A stretch of DNA of 64,000 nt from Minisyncoccota bacterium (GTDB taxonomy: Bacteria; Patescibacteriota; Minisyncoccia; Phycocordibacterales; Phycocordibacteraceae): assembly GCA_041666305.1 (NCBI GenBank), contig JBAYHD010000002.1, positions 684-64,683 on the forward strand, in the 5' to 3' direction. The notes under the pieces are model-generated. The model worked only from the letters and a program-made list of their open reading frames with translations, was not told the DNA's origin and did no database searches. Position numbers and translations under genes: made by a program. Numbering within the stretch: position 1 is the first letter of the stretch; each line of letters starts with the position of its first letter. Positions 1 to 9,891 of this stretch are shown here, one piece after another.

Positions 1-1
1 C

Positions 2-535
2 ATGCATTTCATTGCCGACCTGAAAGGGTACTGGGACCTGTTCCCTGCGCGTAGGAACGCAGTACGCATCGGGGTGGCAATTCTCGCACTTGTAACCATC
101 ATCGCCGGCTTCTTCATCGTCGGCACCCCTGCGCAAGCACGTCTCGCGCGCTTCGATACGCAGAAAGTGAACGACCTCCAGAATATTCAGTCGCAAGTCG
201 TGTATTTCTGGCAGGCGAAACAAAAACTGCCGACAGCAATCACTGACCTCAACAACTCTCTCAACTATGGTCCGGTACCAACGGATCCCCAGACGGGACA
301 ACCATATACGTATCAAACAACAGGGGCACTTTCATTCAAACTGTGTGCCGAGTTCAATGCAGAGACTCGCGCGAATGCGGCCCAAACGTCTGAAACTCGC
401 GTAGCGATGCCGGCGCCGGTCGGTCTCGGCGGGAAGATAGGAAGCGTGGACAACTGGCAGCACGGAGCTGGTCAGGTGTGTTTTGATCGGACCATCGACC
501 CAAGCTTCTATCCGCCGCTCAACAAGCAACCCTAA
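2..535 (+). CDS. hypothetical membrane-anchored protein, 5' end truncated by window edge
   Basis: ORF open from window edge; one hydrophobic helix (VAILALVTIIAGFFIV) then a soluble region with two Cys near the C-terminus; no recognisable family. Confidence 0.35.
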   Translation: MHFIADLKGYWDLFPARRNAVRIGVAILALVTIIAGFFIVGTPAQARLARFDTQKVNDLQNIQSQVVYFWQAKQKLPTAITDLNNSLNYGPVPTDPQTGQPYTYQTTGALSFKLCAEFNAETRANAAQTSETRVAMPAPVGLGGKIGSVDNWQHGAGQVCFDRTIDPSFYPPLNKQP

Positions 536-554
536 ATTCTGAATTCCAAGGACC

Positions 555-3401
555 TTGGGAAAGCATATGGCGTACGACCACAAACACATTGAGAAGAAAT
601 GGCAGGAGAAATGGAAAAAGGACGAACCATATCGCTCAACCGAAGATACCGATAAGAAAAAAGCGTATGTGCTTGATATGTTCCCATACCCGTCAGGGGA
701 GGGGCTTCATGTGGGCCATCCGCGCGGATACATCGCGACCGATATTTATTCTCGCATGAAGCGCATGCAGGGGTACTCGGTGCTCCACCCGATGGGATGG
801 GACGCATTCGGTTTGCCGGCGGAAAATTATGCGCTCAAAAATAAAGTGCATCCGCGCGTTGCCGTGGAGAAGAACATTTCGAATTTCAAACAACAGCTCG
901 CGCACATCGGATTTGATTATGACTGGTCGCGCGAGATAAACACGACCGATCCCGCGTACTACAAATGGACTCAGTGGATATTCCTCAAAATGCTCGAGCA
1001 TAAGCTCGCGTTCCAATCGAACGAGCCCATCAACTGGTGCCCCTCATGCAAGACCGGACTCGCGAATGAAGACCTCGACGGTCCTGTGTGCGAACGCTGC
1101 GGCACTACGGTTGAGAAGAAAAGCTTGCCGCAGTGGGTGCTCAAAATTACCGACTACGCCGATCGCATGCTCGCAGACCTTGATTCGCTCAACTGGCCGG
1201 AGCACATCAAAGAAGCCCAACGGAATTGGATAGGGCGTTCCGAAGGTGCGGAAATTAGCTTTCCGATAGTCGGGAGCGAGGAAACCGTAACCGTATTCAC
1301 GACGCGACCGGACACGCTCTATGGTGCGACGTATCTGGTGCTCGCGCCGGAGCATCGCTTTCTCACCGATAAAAATTATGGGTTTACGAAATCCTTAATT
1401 AATGCAGATGACGTGCGGGCGTACGTCGCGCAGGCGGCAACGAAGACAGAGATAGAACGCGGCGCAGAAGGAAAAGAGAAGACCGGCGTGAAGCTCGAGG
1501 GCGTCAGGGCGCTCAATCCCGCGACGAAAGAAGAAATTCCTATCTACGTTGCCGACTACGTACTCGGTGGGTACGGTACAGGCGCCATCATGGCAGTCCC
1601 CGCGCACGACGAACGCGACTACGAATTTGCAAAGAAATTTAATATTCCGGTCCGGAACGTTGTTGAGCCGGTGCTTGTACAAACGACTGGTTCCGCTGCA
1701 TTCCGGGAGAACGAGCCTGTCCAAGACAGCAACGGCATCATTGCCATCGTGAAGCACTGGGGCGACGAGAAGTATATGGGCTTATATTGGTCGAAGGCAG
1801 AATGGGGCACACTTCTTACCGGCGGCATTGATGAAGGCATGGCGCCTGAAGAAACCGCCTTGAAAGAGATCCGCGAAGAAACCGGCTATACCGACGCGCG
1901 CATCGTTGAATCGTTCGGCACTATTCATAGCAAGTATTACCACGCACCGAAAGAACTCAATCGGTTCGGGCATGCACCGACATTTTATATCGAGCTCAAA
2001 AGCGATGCTCGCGAGGAAGTTTCTCCGGAAGAACTCGCCAAACACGAACTCCATTGGCTCACGAAAGAAGAATTGAAGTCATTTTTGACGGCAACATCAC
2101 ATTTGCAGGCGCTCGCGTTTTTGGATTCGCATGTCTATACCGGCTCCGGATTGCTTGCGAATTCGGGAGATTTTTCAGGCAAGGATAGCGAGCAGGCAAA
2201 ATGGGATATTACGCAAGCCGTGGGAGGGAAGCGCGTGACGCGCTACAAACTCCGCGATTGGGTTTTCTCACGCCAGCGCTATTGGGGCGAGCCGATACCG
2301 GTCATTCATTGTCCGAAAGACGGCGTGGTGCCAGTTCCGTATGAAGATTTGCCGGTCGTATTGCCGGAGGTGGAGTCGTATGAGCCGACCGGCACCGGCG
2401 AATCGCCCCTGGCCACCATCGAATCGTGGGTCAACACGAAGTGTCCGAAATGCGGCGAGCCGGCGAAGCGCGAGACGAACACGATGCCGCAATGGGCGGG
2501 CTCGTCGTGGTATTACCTGCGCTTCATGGACCCGCATGACGCAACCCAGCTTGTGTCCACGAAAAATGAAAAGTATTGGGCGCCGGTCGACGTGTACGTG
2601 GGCGGCGATCACGCCGTGCGCCATCTCATCTATGCGCGCTTCTGGCACAAGTTCCTCTATGATATCGGCGTAGTGAGCACGCAAGAACCGTTCGCGCGGC
2701 TGGAGTTCCTCGGTTTCATCCTTGCAGAAGACGGTCGCAAAATGAGCAAGCGCTACGGCAATGTCATCAATCCGGACGACGTCATCGCGGAATACGGCGC
2801 TGATGCGTTCCGTATCTATGAAATGTTCATGGGGCCATTCGAGAACACAACGAACTGGAGCACTGCTTCCATTGCCGGTACATCGCGTTTCGTGGAGCGA
2901 TTGTGGAATCTGCATGAGACGGTCACGGATGCGCCGGTTCCGGAGCTCGAGCCGCTCCTGCATCGCACCATTCAGAAAATAGGCGCGGACATCGAGTCGT
3001 TCAAATTCAATACCGCCGTGAGCCAAGCGATGATATTCCTGAACAAGATCGAAGAAGTCGGGAACATAGGAAAAGAGCAGTGGCGTTCTTTCATTTGCAT
3101 CCTTGCGCCACTGGCACCCCACTCCACAGAGGAATTGTGGGAGCTCTCCGGAGAAACTTCCTCCATCCACCTCGCTCCGTGGCCTTCATTTGACGAAAAG
3201 ATTATTGCCGCGAGCCATAGCGAGATCGTCGTGCAGGTGAACGGCAAGCGCCGCGGCTCTATTACGCTCCCTGCGGATGCCGTCGAAGAAGCCGCACTGG
3301 CGGCTGCAAAGGCTCTGCCGACCATCATGGCTATGCTCGACGGGAACGAGCCGAAACGGGTGATTTACGTGCCAGGCAGGATCATAAATCTTGTGGTATA
3401 G
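555..3401 (+). CDS. leuS: leucyl-tRNA synthetase carrying an internal Nudix-hydrolase-like insertion
   Basis: HIGH motif (HVGH), KMSKR motif, CP1 editing signatures (TTRPDT, YGTGAIMAVPAHDERD), YKLRDWVFSRQRYWGEPIP; about 130 extra residues (aa ~385-520) with Nudix fold and box GGIDEGMAPEETALKEIREETGY. Confidence 0.9.
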   Translation: MGKHMAYDHKHIEKKWQEKWKKDEPYRSTEDTDKKKAYVLDMFPYPSGEGLHVGHPRGYIATDIYSRMKRMQGYSVLHPMGWDAFGLPAENYALKNKVHPRVAVEKNISNFKQQLAHIGFDYDWSREINTTDPAYYKWTQWIFLKMLEHKLAFQSNEPINWCPSCKTGLANEDLDGPVCERCGTTVEKKSLPQWVLKITDYADRMLADLDSLNWPEHIKEAQRNWIGRSEGAEISFPIVGSEETVTVFTTRPDTLYGATYLVLAPEHRFLTDKNYGFTKSLINADDVRAYVAQAATKTEIERGAEGKEKTGVKLEGVRALNPATKEEIPIYVADYVLGGYGTGAIMAVPAHDERDYEFAKKFNIPVRNVVEPVLVQTTGSAAFRENEPVQDSNGIIAIVKHWGDEKYMGLYWSKAEWGTLLTGGIDEGMAPEETALKEIREETGYTDARIVESFGTIHSKYYHAPKELNRFGHAPTFYIELKSDAREEVSPEELAKHELHWLTKEELKSFLTATSHLQALAFLDSHVYTGSGLLANSGDFSGKDSEQAKWDITQAVGGKRVTRYKLRDWVFSRQRYWGEPIPVIHCPKDGVVPVPYEDLPVVLPEVESYEPTGTGESPLATIESWVNTKCPKCGEPAKRETNTMPQWAGSSWYYLRFMDPHDATQLVSTKNEKYWAPVDVYVGGDHAVRHLIYARFWHKFLYDIGVVSTQEPFARLEFLGFILAEDGRKMSKRYGNVINPDDVIAEYGADAFRIYEMFMGPFENTTNWSTASIAGTSRFVERLWNLHETVTDAPVPELEPLLHRTIQKIGADIESFKFNTAVSQAMIFLNKIEEVGNIGKEQWRSFICILAPLAPHSTEELWELSGETSSIHLAPWPSFDEKIIAASHSEIVVQVNGKRRGSITLPADAVEEAALAAAKALPTIMAMLDGNEPKRVIYVPGRIINLVV

Positions 3402-3421
3402 TCCCACATATCAGGTAGGGG

Positions 3422-3450
3422 TTGACTTATTATAAGGCGTTTGCTATAAA
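3422..3450 (+). promoter_or_regulatory. sigma70-type promoter (TTGACT -17 bp- TATAAA) for the downstream gene
   Basis: -35 TTGACT at 3422-3427, 17-bp spacer, -10 TATAAA at 3445-3450, ATG at 3460. Confidence 0.5.
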
Positions 3451-3459
3451 TTAGAACAC

Positions 3460-4539
3460 ATGAAAAAGGCAAGTCCGACCAGCAAGCACGGAAAGGCGAA
3501 AAACTCGCCGTCCGCTTCGTTTTCCTTTGACAGCGCATCGCTTGCGAAACGTCTTCTTGTCGCGGCTCCGGAGCGCGCACGAGAGGTCCTTATCCGCCGG
3601 TTCGGGCTCGGCACTGCTACAGAGCGCGAGACGCTCGAAGCCATCGGCGACCGTTCCAGCATCACCCGCGAGCGCGTACGCCAGATCGAGGCCGCCGGCC
3701 TTGATGCCGTACGTGCAAGCAAAGCTTTTAAGGAGGCGACTTCCGCGTTTGAAGAGATCGCAAAATACATACACTCGCTCGGCGCAATCGTGCCCGAAGA
3801 AGCGCTTCTTTCCGCGCTCGGCAAGGACGAAAAGAGCCGCAACCGCTTTCGTTTCTTCCTCATGGTCAATTCGGCATTTTTCCGCGAGCGCGAGACGAAC
3901 GATTTTCTCGCGCGCTGGCATGTGGATAGCGTAACGGCAAAGCATATTCATACTGCGCTCACACGCCTCTACTCCTCGCTTTCCGATAATGAAGTGGTCA
4001 AGGAAGGGGCTCTTCTGGACCGTTTCCTCGATGAATTGAAGGAAGTCAACGATGCCTATAAGAACGAAGAGGTGCTGAAGCGTTGGCTTTCTTTGTCGAA
4101 GCATATCGGCAGCAATCCGCTTGCCGAATGGGGCCGCACGACCGCACCGGCCATCCGCATCAAGGGCGTGCGCGATTACGCATACCTCGCAGTGAAGCGC
4201 CATGGTGAACCGATGCATTTCTCTGATGTCGCGAAGACCATCGGCACGCTTTTTTCAAAAAAGGCGCACATTGCGACCACGCACAACGAGCTCATCAAAG
4301 ACCCTCGTTTCGTCCTGGTCGGCCGCGGGCTCTACGCGCTTACCGAATGGGGGTACAAGCCGGGCGTCGTGCGCGATGTCATTCGCGAAACGCTTGAGGA
4401 ACAAGGTCCAATGAAAAAGGAGGAGATCATCAAGCATGTGAAGAAGGCTCGTTTCGTGAAAGACAACACCATTCTTGTGAACCTCAACGACTCGCGTTAT
4501 TTCAAGCGCATGAAAGACGGTCGTTACGCGGCAGTGTAG
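3460..4539 (+). CDS. DNA-binding protein with sigma-70 region-4-like HTH and C-terminal winged-helix (HARE-HTH-like) domain
   Basis: ITRERVRQIEAAGL resembles sigma70 region 4; C-terminal RGLYALTEWGY motif typical of HARE-type winged helix; family assignment tentative. Confidence 0.45.
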   Translation: MKKASPTSKHGKAKNSPSASFSFDSASLAKRLLVAAPERAREVLIRRFGLGTATERETLEAIGDRSSITRERVRQIEAAGLDAVRASKAFKEATSAFEEIAKYIHSLGAIVPEEALLSALGKDEKSRNRFRFFLMVNSAFFRERETNDFLARWHVDSVTAKHIHTALTRLYSSLSDNEVVKEGALLDRFLDELKEVNDAYKNEEVLKRWLSLSKHIGSNPLAEWGRTTAPAIRIKGVRDYAYLAVKRHGEPMHFSDVAKTIGTLFSKKAHIATTHNELIKDPRFVLVGRGLYALTEWGYKPGVVRDVIRETLEEQGPMKKEEIIKHVKKARFVKDNTILVNLNDSRYFKRMKDGRYAAV

Positions 4540-4557
4540 ATAAAGACAATACACAGA

Positions 4558-4592
4558 CCGGCGTTCCTCTAAAAACGGGGCGCCGGTTTTTG
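4558..4592 (+). terminator. rho-independent terminator
   Basis: ccggcg...cgccgg stem followed by TTTTTG. Confidence 0.6.
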
Positions 4593-4651
4593 TTGGTATA
4601 CTGTGAACAATGTTACCGTTCCTCGATACCGTCGTTGAGTGGAAGGAGAGT

Positions 4652-5998
4652 ATGACCGACAGGGTCGGCCTCAAGTTGGAGCCGTGGCCGCTTTTCATCA
4701 TTGGCGTGGTACTGCTTGCTATGGCATTTGTTTTTATGCCGGGCGTGGTCGGGCTCGCTTTCTCCATCGCGCTTTTTCTCGCACCCGTATGGCTGCCGTT
4801 CTTGCTCATGGGCGGAGCGCTCGCCATGTGGTACGTGCTCAAGCGTTCTGAATTCATCGCCGATCAGCCGTATATGCTTCTTGAGGTCAAGCCGCCGCGC
4901 AATCTCGTGAAGACCCCGCTTGCAATGGAAGCATTCCTTTCGTCCATACATTTTACCGGCGGCGAATCAACCTGGTGGGACCGCTTTACGGGCGGCATCC
5001 GGCCATTCTATTCTCTTGAAATAGCATCACTTGAAGGCCAGGTGCATTTTTTCATATGGACACGCTCCGCTTTCCGTCGGACCATTGAAGGGCAGATGTA
5101 TGCACAATATCCGGGCACGCAAGTGGTGGAGGCACCCGATTATTCTCGACTTATTTCCGCGACGACGGAGGAGTGGAGCATTTGGGGATGCGATTTCAAA
5201 CATACGGCGGCGGCGCCTCTTCCGATAAAAACCTACATTGAATACGGACTTGATAAAGTGCAGAAGGAACCGGAACAAGTGGATCCGCTCGCAAACCTCA
5301 TTGAATTCATGGGTTCGATAGGGAAGGGAGAATACATTTGGCTTCAATTCATCATTCGTGCGCATAAGGGCGAAAAATACGGAGCGTCACCGGGCACCAA
5401 TGTGAGCAACAAGCTCAATGCAGAAGGAAAGCCGTACACATGGAAAGATGAGGCGAAGGAGATGGTGGAAAGGATCCGCAAAGAAGCGCGAAGCGTGTAT
5501 ATTGATCCGTTCACGGGAAAAGAGATGCCAGGATTCCCCAATCCCACGAAGGGCGAATCGGAGAAAATGGCTGCCATTGAGCGCAATGTATCGAAGCTTG
5601 CTTTCGATGTCGGTTCGCGCGGTTTGTATTTGGCGAGACCGGAGAAATTCAACGGACCCATGATCGCGCACCTAATCGCTCTTTTCAAGCCGTTCACGTC
5701 CGAAGGATGGAACGGCATCAATTCATCAGCTTGGATGAAACGATTCGATTATCCCTGGGAGATCGGCGTAGAAAGGAGGAAAAACCTCTATCGACGCAAG
5801 CTGGTTGAGCAATACCGCCGCCGTCAATTTTTCTACGACCCTTTCTTCGAAGGGGGGTTGCGCATGAGTGACGCGATGGTGATGAGCACCGAAGAGCTCG
5901 CGACCGTGTTCCATATCCCGTCAAGTTCGGTTGGGACCCCGGGTCTCGCGCGCATCCAGTCGGCAACGGGAGAAGCGCCGCCGAACCTGCCTACCTAA
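4652..5998 (+). CDS. hypothetical membrane protein
   Basis: long ORF; GGAAGGAGAG RBS 5 nt before ATG 4652 (track start 4610 is an upstream in-frame Met); two N-terminal TM helices then soluble domain; no family recognised. Confidence 0.5.
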   Translation: MTDRVGLKLEPWPLFIIGVVLLAMAFVFMPGVVGLAFSIALFLAPVWLPFLLMGGALAMWYVLKRSEFIADQPYMLLEVKPPRNLVKTPLAMEAFLSSIHFTGGESTWWDRFTGGIRPFYSLEIASLEGQVHFFIWTRSAFRRTIEGQMYAQYPGTQVVEAPDYSRLISATTEEWSIWGCDFKHTAAAPLPIKTYIEYGLDKVQKEPEQVDPLANLIEFMGSIGKGEYIWLQFIIRAHKGEKYGASPGTNVSNKLNAEGKPYTWKDEAKEMVERIRKEARSVYIDPFTGKEMPGFPNPTKGESEKMAAIERNVSKLAFDVGSRGLYLARPEKFNGPMIAHLIALFKPFTSEGWNGINSSAWMKRFDYPWEIGVERRKNLYRRKLVEQYRRRQFFYDPFFEGGLRMSDAMVMSTEELATVFHIPSSSVGTPGLARIQSATGEAPPNLPT

Positions 5999-6004
5999 GC
6001 GCGC

Positions 6005-7006
6005 ATGGATTTCGAAAAATTTACACCGGCAGTTCCGCCTGCTCTACAAACCCATCTCGTGCGTTCGTGGCGATCGTGGGCCGTGGCATTCGTACTCGCG
6101 GTATTTCTGGTTGTCGGTTATCGCATTGCGTTCGCTCCGCCGAGCGATTTTCCTTCCGGCAGTATCGTAAGCATCGCGCGCGGAGCCTCTGTACCGGATA
6201 TCGCCGCACAGCTTGCTTCGGCGCACCTCATCAAGCATCCGGATCTGTTCCGGGCCATGCTGCGCGTGAGCGGAGGGAGTTTGCATGTGCAGGCGGGCGC
6301 GTATCTGTTCAATACCCCGGAAGATCTTTTCATGGTCGCGTATCGCCTTGTTGCCGGTGCATACGGTATTCCGCCCGTGCGCATCACGTTTCCGGAAGGC
6401 GAGACCGCGCGCGACTATGCCGTGCGCATAACGGAAGAATTGCCCGATATTTCCGCATCCGATTTTCTTTCAAAAGCGCAGCCGTATGAAGGGTATCTTT
6501 TCCCCGACACCTATCTCTTCTTGCAGTCCGCGGATGCCGACACCATCGTAAAGACGATGCGCGCGAATTTCGATGCGAAAACCGAGCCGCTCATGAATGA
6601 CGTGCGGACCTCGGGTCATTCGCTGTCGGATATTGTCATACTGGCATCGCTGGTTGAACGTGAGGCGCGTACTATTGCAAACAAGCGTATCGTGGCGGGC
6701 ATTCTCTGGAACCGCATCAAACTCGGCATGCCGCTTCAAGTGGACGCGGTATTCGGCTACATCTACGGCCGCGATACGTATTCGCCCTCCTATGCCGACC
6801 TGAAAGTTGATTCGCCCTACAACACCTATATTCACAAAGGGCTACCGCCGGGACCAATATGTAATCCCGGCATTGAAAGCCTTGATGCAGCCCTTCATCC
6901 GACAAAAACGGATTATCTCTATTATTTGACCGGAAATGACGGTCTGATGCACTACGCCACCACCTATGCCGGCCACCAAGCCAACCAGAGGAAGTATTTG
7001 CAGTAG
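6005..7006 (+). CDS. mltG: endolytic murein transglycosylase MltG (YceG family)
   Basis: N-terminal TM anchor; conserved YceG motifs (EGYLFPDTYLF, PLQVDA, YNTYIHKGLPPGPICNPG). Confidence 0.85.
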   Translation: MDFEKFTPAVPPALQTHLVRSWRSWAVAFVLAVFLVVGYRIAFAPPSDFPSGSIVSIARGASVPDIAAQLASAHLIKHPDLFRAMLRVSGGSLHVQAGAYLFNTPEDLFMVAYRLVAGAYGIPPVRITFPEGETARDYAVRITEELPDISASDFLSKAQPYEGYLFPDTYLFLQSADADTIVKTMRANFDAKTEPLMNDVRTSGHSLSDIVILASLVEREARTIANKRIVAGILWNRIKLGMPLQVDAVFGYIYGRDTYSPSYADLKVDSPYNTYIHKGLPPGPICNPGIESLDAALHPTKTDYLYYLTGNDGLMHYATTYAGHQANQRKYLQ

Positions 7007-7099
7007 ACAATCAAGCTAAATAAGCGTACTCTCCGGCTCGGAGCGATCGAGAGATCGCTTGTTCCATTCAACCAATCAACTCTCGAAAGGGGAGGAATC

Positions 7100-8695
7100 A
7101 TGCTCGACACGTTCAAGAAAGCTACACCCGAAGCACTGGCGGCTATTCGCGATGAAATGAAAGTCCGCTGCACCACAGAGGTCTTTCTGCTTTTTGCGCT
7201 CGGCAGTCAGTTCGACCACCTCATCTTCCAAGCGCTCGCGAAACTCGGCGTCTACGGTCTCGTCGCTGATCCGGCGAAAGTAACCGCCGCGGATGTCGAA
7301 TTGTTGAAACCCATCGGAATCATCCTGTCGGGTGGTCCGGCTTCCGTTCATTCGGAACCGCCGCCGTTCGACTCGAAGATTTTCGATCTCAGCATTCCGG
7401 TGTTAGGCATATGCCTCGGCTTCCAAATGTGGGCCAGGCACATCGGACTGACGGTACAGAGCGGTAGCCGGCAATTCGGCGTTCACACAGCAACGGTCAA
7501 TAATGTCAGTCCGCTCTTTGCGAACTGTTTGCACATTGAGCAGGTACTTCAAAGTCACGGTGATGAAATTTCCACCGACATAGACCGGTTCAAAACGCTT
7601 GCGGTGTGCGGCAACTCAGTCGCGGCAGGCCACGAGCGGAATCTGTGGGGTGTCCAGTTTCACCCCGAAGTGACCGAAACGAAATGTGGCCAAACAATCT
7701 TCGAGAATTTCTGCTTCCGGATTTGCAATGCCGAGGACCGCTTCCCCGCGCCGGATATCGCGAAACAGAAAATCGAGAAGTTGCGCAGCGAGATCGGCGA
7801 TAAGAAAGTCCTTCTCGCCCTCTCGGGTGGTTCGGATTCATCGACAGTTGCATATCTACTTAAGGCCGCAACGCGGGGCAAAGAACAGCTTCGTGGCGTC
7901 TACATCCGTGGCATCGATCGCCCGGATGACGAGGAGTTCGTTCATAAGTACTTCGGCGATCAGAACTGGATCGATCTCGTTATCGTCGATGCCACTGATC
8001 GCTTCCTTGCGGTGCTTGCAGGCAAGACGGGCATGCGAGAGAAGCGGCTCGCCATGCGCGAAGTCTACAAACCGGTGCTCGAAGAACAAGTTCGGGCATT
8101 TGGTGCGGAGTTCATCGCACAGGGTACGCTCTACACCGACATCTCGGAAAGTGGCGGAGGGCACGACAGCGGCGCACGGAAGGCAAACATCAAGATCCAT
8201 CACAATACGAATCTCGGATTCGCTTTTCCGGAACTGATGCCGCTTTCCGACTGTGTGAAGGATGGTGGCCGGGACATCGGCCGAGAGATCGGTGTACCGG
8301 AAGAACTGCTCGTCCGACATCCGTTCCCTGGACCAGGACTGGTCGTGAGGATCGAAGGCGAGATTACGCCGGAGAAACTCGCGATGGCGCGGCAACTCGA
8401 TGGCATCTACATCGAGGAACTGCGTCGAGCCGGGCTCTATGAAAAAGTTTGGCAAGCAGGGGTCGTGGTGACGAGATCCGAGCACACCTACACCGCCGGC
8501 GACGATGCAGGTACGGGTTCGGTGATCTGCTTTTGGGCGGTTTGGAGCGTCAATGGCTTTACTGCTCAAGCAGCTGATCTCCCGTTCGACTTTCGAAAGA
8601 ACTTGGCTCGACGTTTCGGAAACGAGGTACACGGCATTGGAGCCGTCGTGTATCGCGATTCGGATAAGCCACGTTCGACCATCGAGTGGGGTTGA
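7100..8695 (+). CDS. guaA: GMP synthase (glutamine-hydrolysing)
   Basis: class I glutamine amidotransferase motifs (GICLGFQ, VQFHPEV), PP-loop SGGSDSS, C-terminal FPGPGL; AGGAGG-like RBS aaaggggagg. Confidence 0.9.
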   Translation: MLDTFKKATPEALAAIRDEMKVRCTTEVFLLFALGSQFDHLIFQALAKLGVYGLVADPAKVTAADVELLKPIGIILSGGPASVHSEPPPFDSKIFDLSIPVLGICLGFQMWARHIGLTVQSGSRQFGVHTATVNNVSPLFANCLHIEQVLQSHGDEISTDIDRFKTLAVCGNSVAAGHERNLWGVQFHPEVTETKCGQTIFENFCFRICNAEDRFPAPDIAKQKIEKLRSEIGDKKVLLALSGGSDSSTVAYLLKAATRGKEQLRGVYIRGIDRPDDEEFVHKYFGDQNWIDLVIVDATDRFLAVLAGKTGMREKRLAMREVYKPVLEEQVRAFGAEFIAQGTLYTDISESGGGHDSGARKANIKIHHNTNLGFAFPELMPLSDCVKDGGRDIGREIGVPEELLVRHPFPGPGLVVRIEGEITPEKLAMARQLDGIYIEELRRAGLYEKVWQAGVVVTRSEHTYTAGDDAGTGSVICFWAVWSVNGFTAQAADLPFDFRKNLARRFGNEVHGIGAVVYRDSDKPRSTIEWG

Positions 8696-8716
8696 TTCAG
8701 TAGTGTGCGTCTCCTT

Positions 8717-8759
8717 AGGCCGTCGAAGTCGCGCAAGCGATCAGACGGCCTCTTCTTTT
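8717..8759 (+). terminator. rho-independent terminator after guaA
   Basis: aggccgtc...gacggcct stem then CTTCTTTT. Confidence 0.6.
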
Positions 8760-8796
8760 ATAGTCACGAATCATTAATCATGATTAGATACAGAAC

Positions 8797-9732
8797 ATGA
8801 ACGTACTGGGAAAGAGGATATTCGTGGGGCTGTCGGGGGGTGTGGATAGCGCCGTATCGGCCACATTACTGAAGCAGGCAGGAGCAGAAGTGACCGGCGT
8901 ATTCATCAAGGGCTGGTATCCGCCCGGAATGCCGTGCACGTGGGCGGCAGAGCGCCGTGACGCGATGCGCGTGGCCGCCCGTCTTCATATTCCGTTCCTT
9001 ACGCTCGACGCGAGCGCGGAATATAAAAAGCACGTCATCGATTATTTGCTTGCGGAGTATCGTGCAGGACGGACGCCGAATCCGGACGTGATGTGCAACA
9101 GGGAAGTGAAGTTCGGTGCCTTCTATCGCTTTGCAATGGAACACGGAGCAGATGCTATCGCCACGGGGCACTATCGCGCGGGAGGAAAAGACCAAAGCTA
9201 TTTTTTGTGGGCAGTGCCAAAAGAAATTCTGGAAGCGACAATTTTTCCGGTGGGGCATATGGAAAAAAACAAAGTGCGCGCACTAGCTTCGAAATTTAGT
9301 CTTCCGGTCTCAGAGAAGCGGGACAGTCAGGGTATCTGCTTTCTCGGTGCGGTTTCCGTCAAGGAGTTTTTGGAGCAGGAATTTGGGAATGATAATCCGG
9401 CACTTCTCTACACCATCGGCCAAAAAGTTTCCGGCGGGTATGTGATTGGGAAAGATGTCGAGAAGAAAGAAATCATTGTTTCAAAGACGCGCGCCCTTGG
9501 CGCACGGGAAGTCCGATTCACGGACGCAAACTGGTTCGGCGAACCTGCGCAGGCAGGCAAACCGATCGAAGAAGTGGAAGCGCAGTATCGATATCGCGGA
9601 GAGCGCTGCGCGGGTCGCGTAGAAGGTGATCGATTCGTTAGTTCCGAACTGCTTCCGGAACAGCCGGCGCCCGGTCAATCAATCGTCTTCTACCGCGGTA
9701 CTAATTTGGTTGGCGGCGGGATTATTTTGTAG
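8797..9732 (+). CDS. mnmA: tRNA-specific 2-thiouridylase MnmA
   Basis: PP-loop SGGVDSAV, NPDVMCN, C-terminal domain conserved. Confidence 0.85.
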   Translation: MNVLGKRIFVGLSGGVDSAVSATLLKQAGAEVTGVFIKGWYPPGMPCTWAAERRDAMRVAARLHIPFLTLDASAEYKKHVIDYLLAEYRAGRTPNPDVMCNREVKFGAFYRFAMEHGADAIATGHYRAGGKDQSYFLWAVPKEILEATIFPVGHMEKNKVRALASKFSLPVSEKRDSQGICFLGAVSVKEFLEQEFGNDNPALLYTIGQKVSGGYVIGKDVEKKEIIVSKTRALGAREVRFTDANWFGEPAQAGKPIEEVEAQYRYRGERCAGRVEGDRFVSSELLPEQPAPGQSIVFYRGTNLVGGGIIL

Positions 9733-9743
9733 GGGGCTGTGGC

Positions 9744-9873
9744 CCGGTAGAACAACATAGCATTGCTCATTGTGTCTAGCGTTAAATATACCTTTGACTT
9801 TCTATGTTTTTATCGGTCTCGAACCTTATTATTCGATTTGAGCGTAGACACGATGCTATGTTGTTCTAACCGG
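9744..9873. mobile_element. structured palindromic repeat element (MITE/Correia-like), copy 1 of 4
   Basis: TIRs CCGGTAGAACAACATAGCAT... / ...ATGCTATGTTGTTCTAACCGG; begins 12 nt after the mnmA stop; same family at 22006, 54208, 56994. Confidence 0.6.
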
Positions 9874-9891
9874 GTGGTATATTATTACCGC

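Noticed and set aside
9763-9891. First 43 codons of ORF 9763-10302
   Set aside because: They lie inside repeat element copy 1 and start with TTG. The ATG at 9892 with a signal-peptide-like N-terminus is more plausible.
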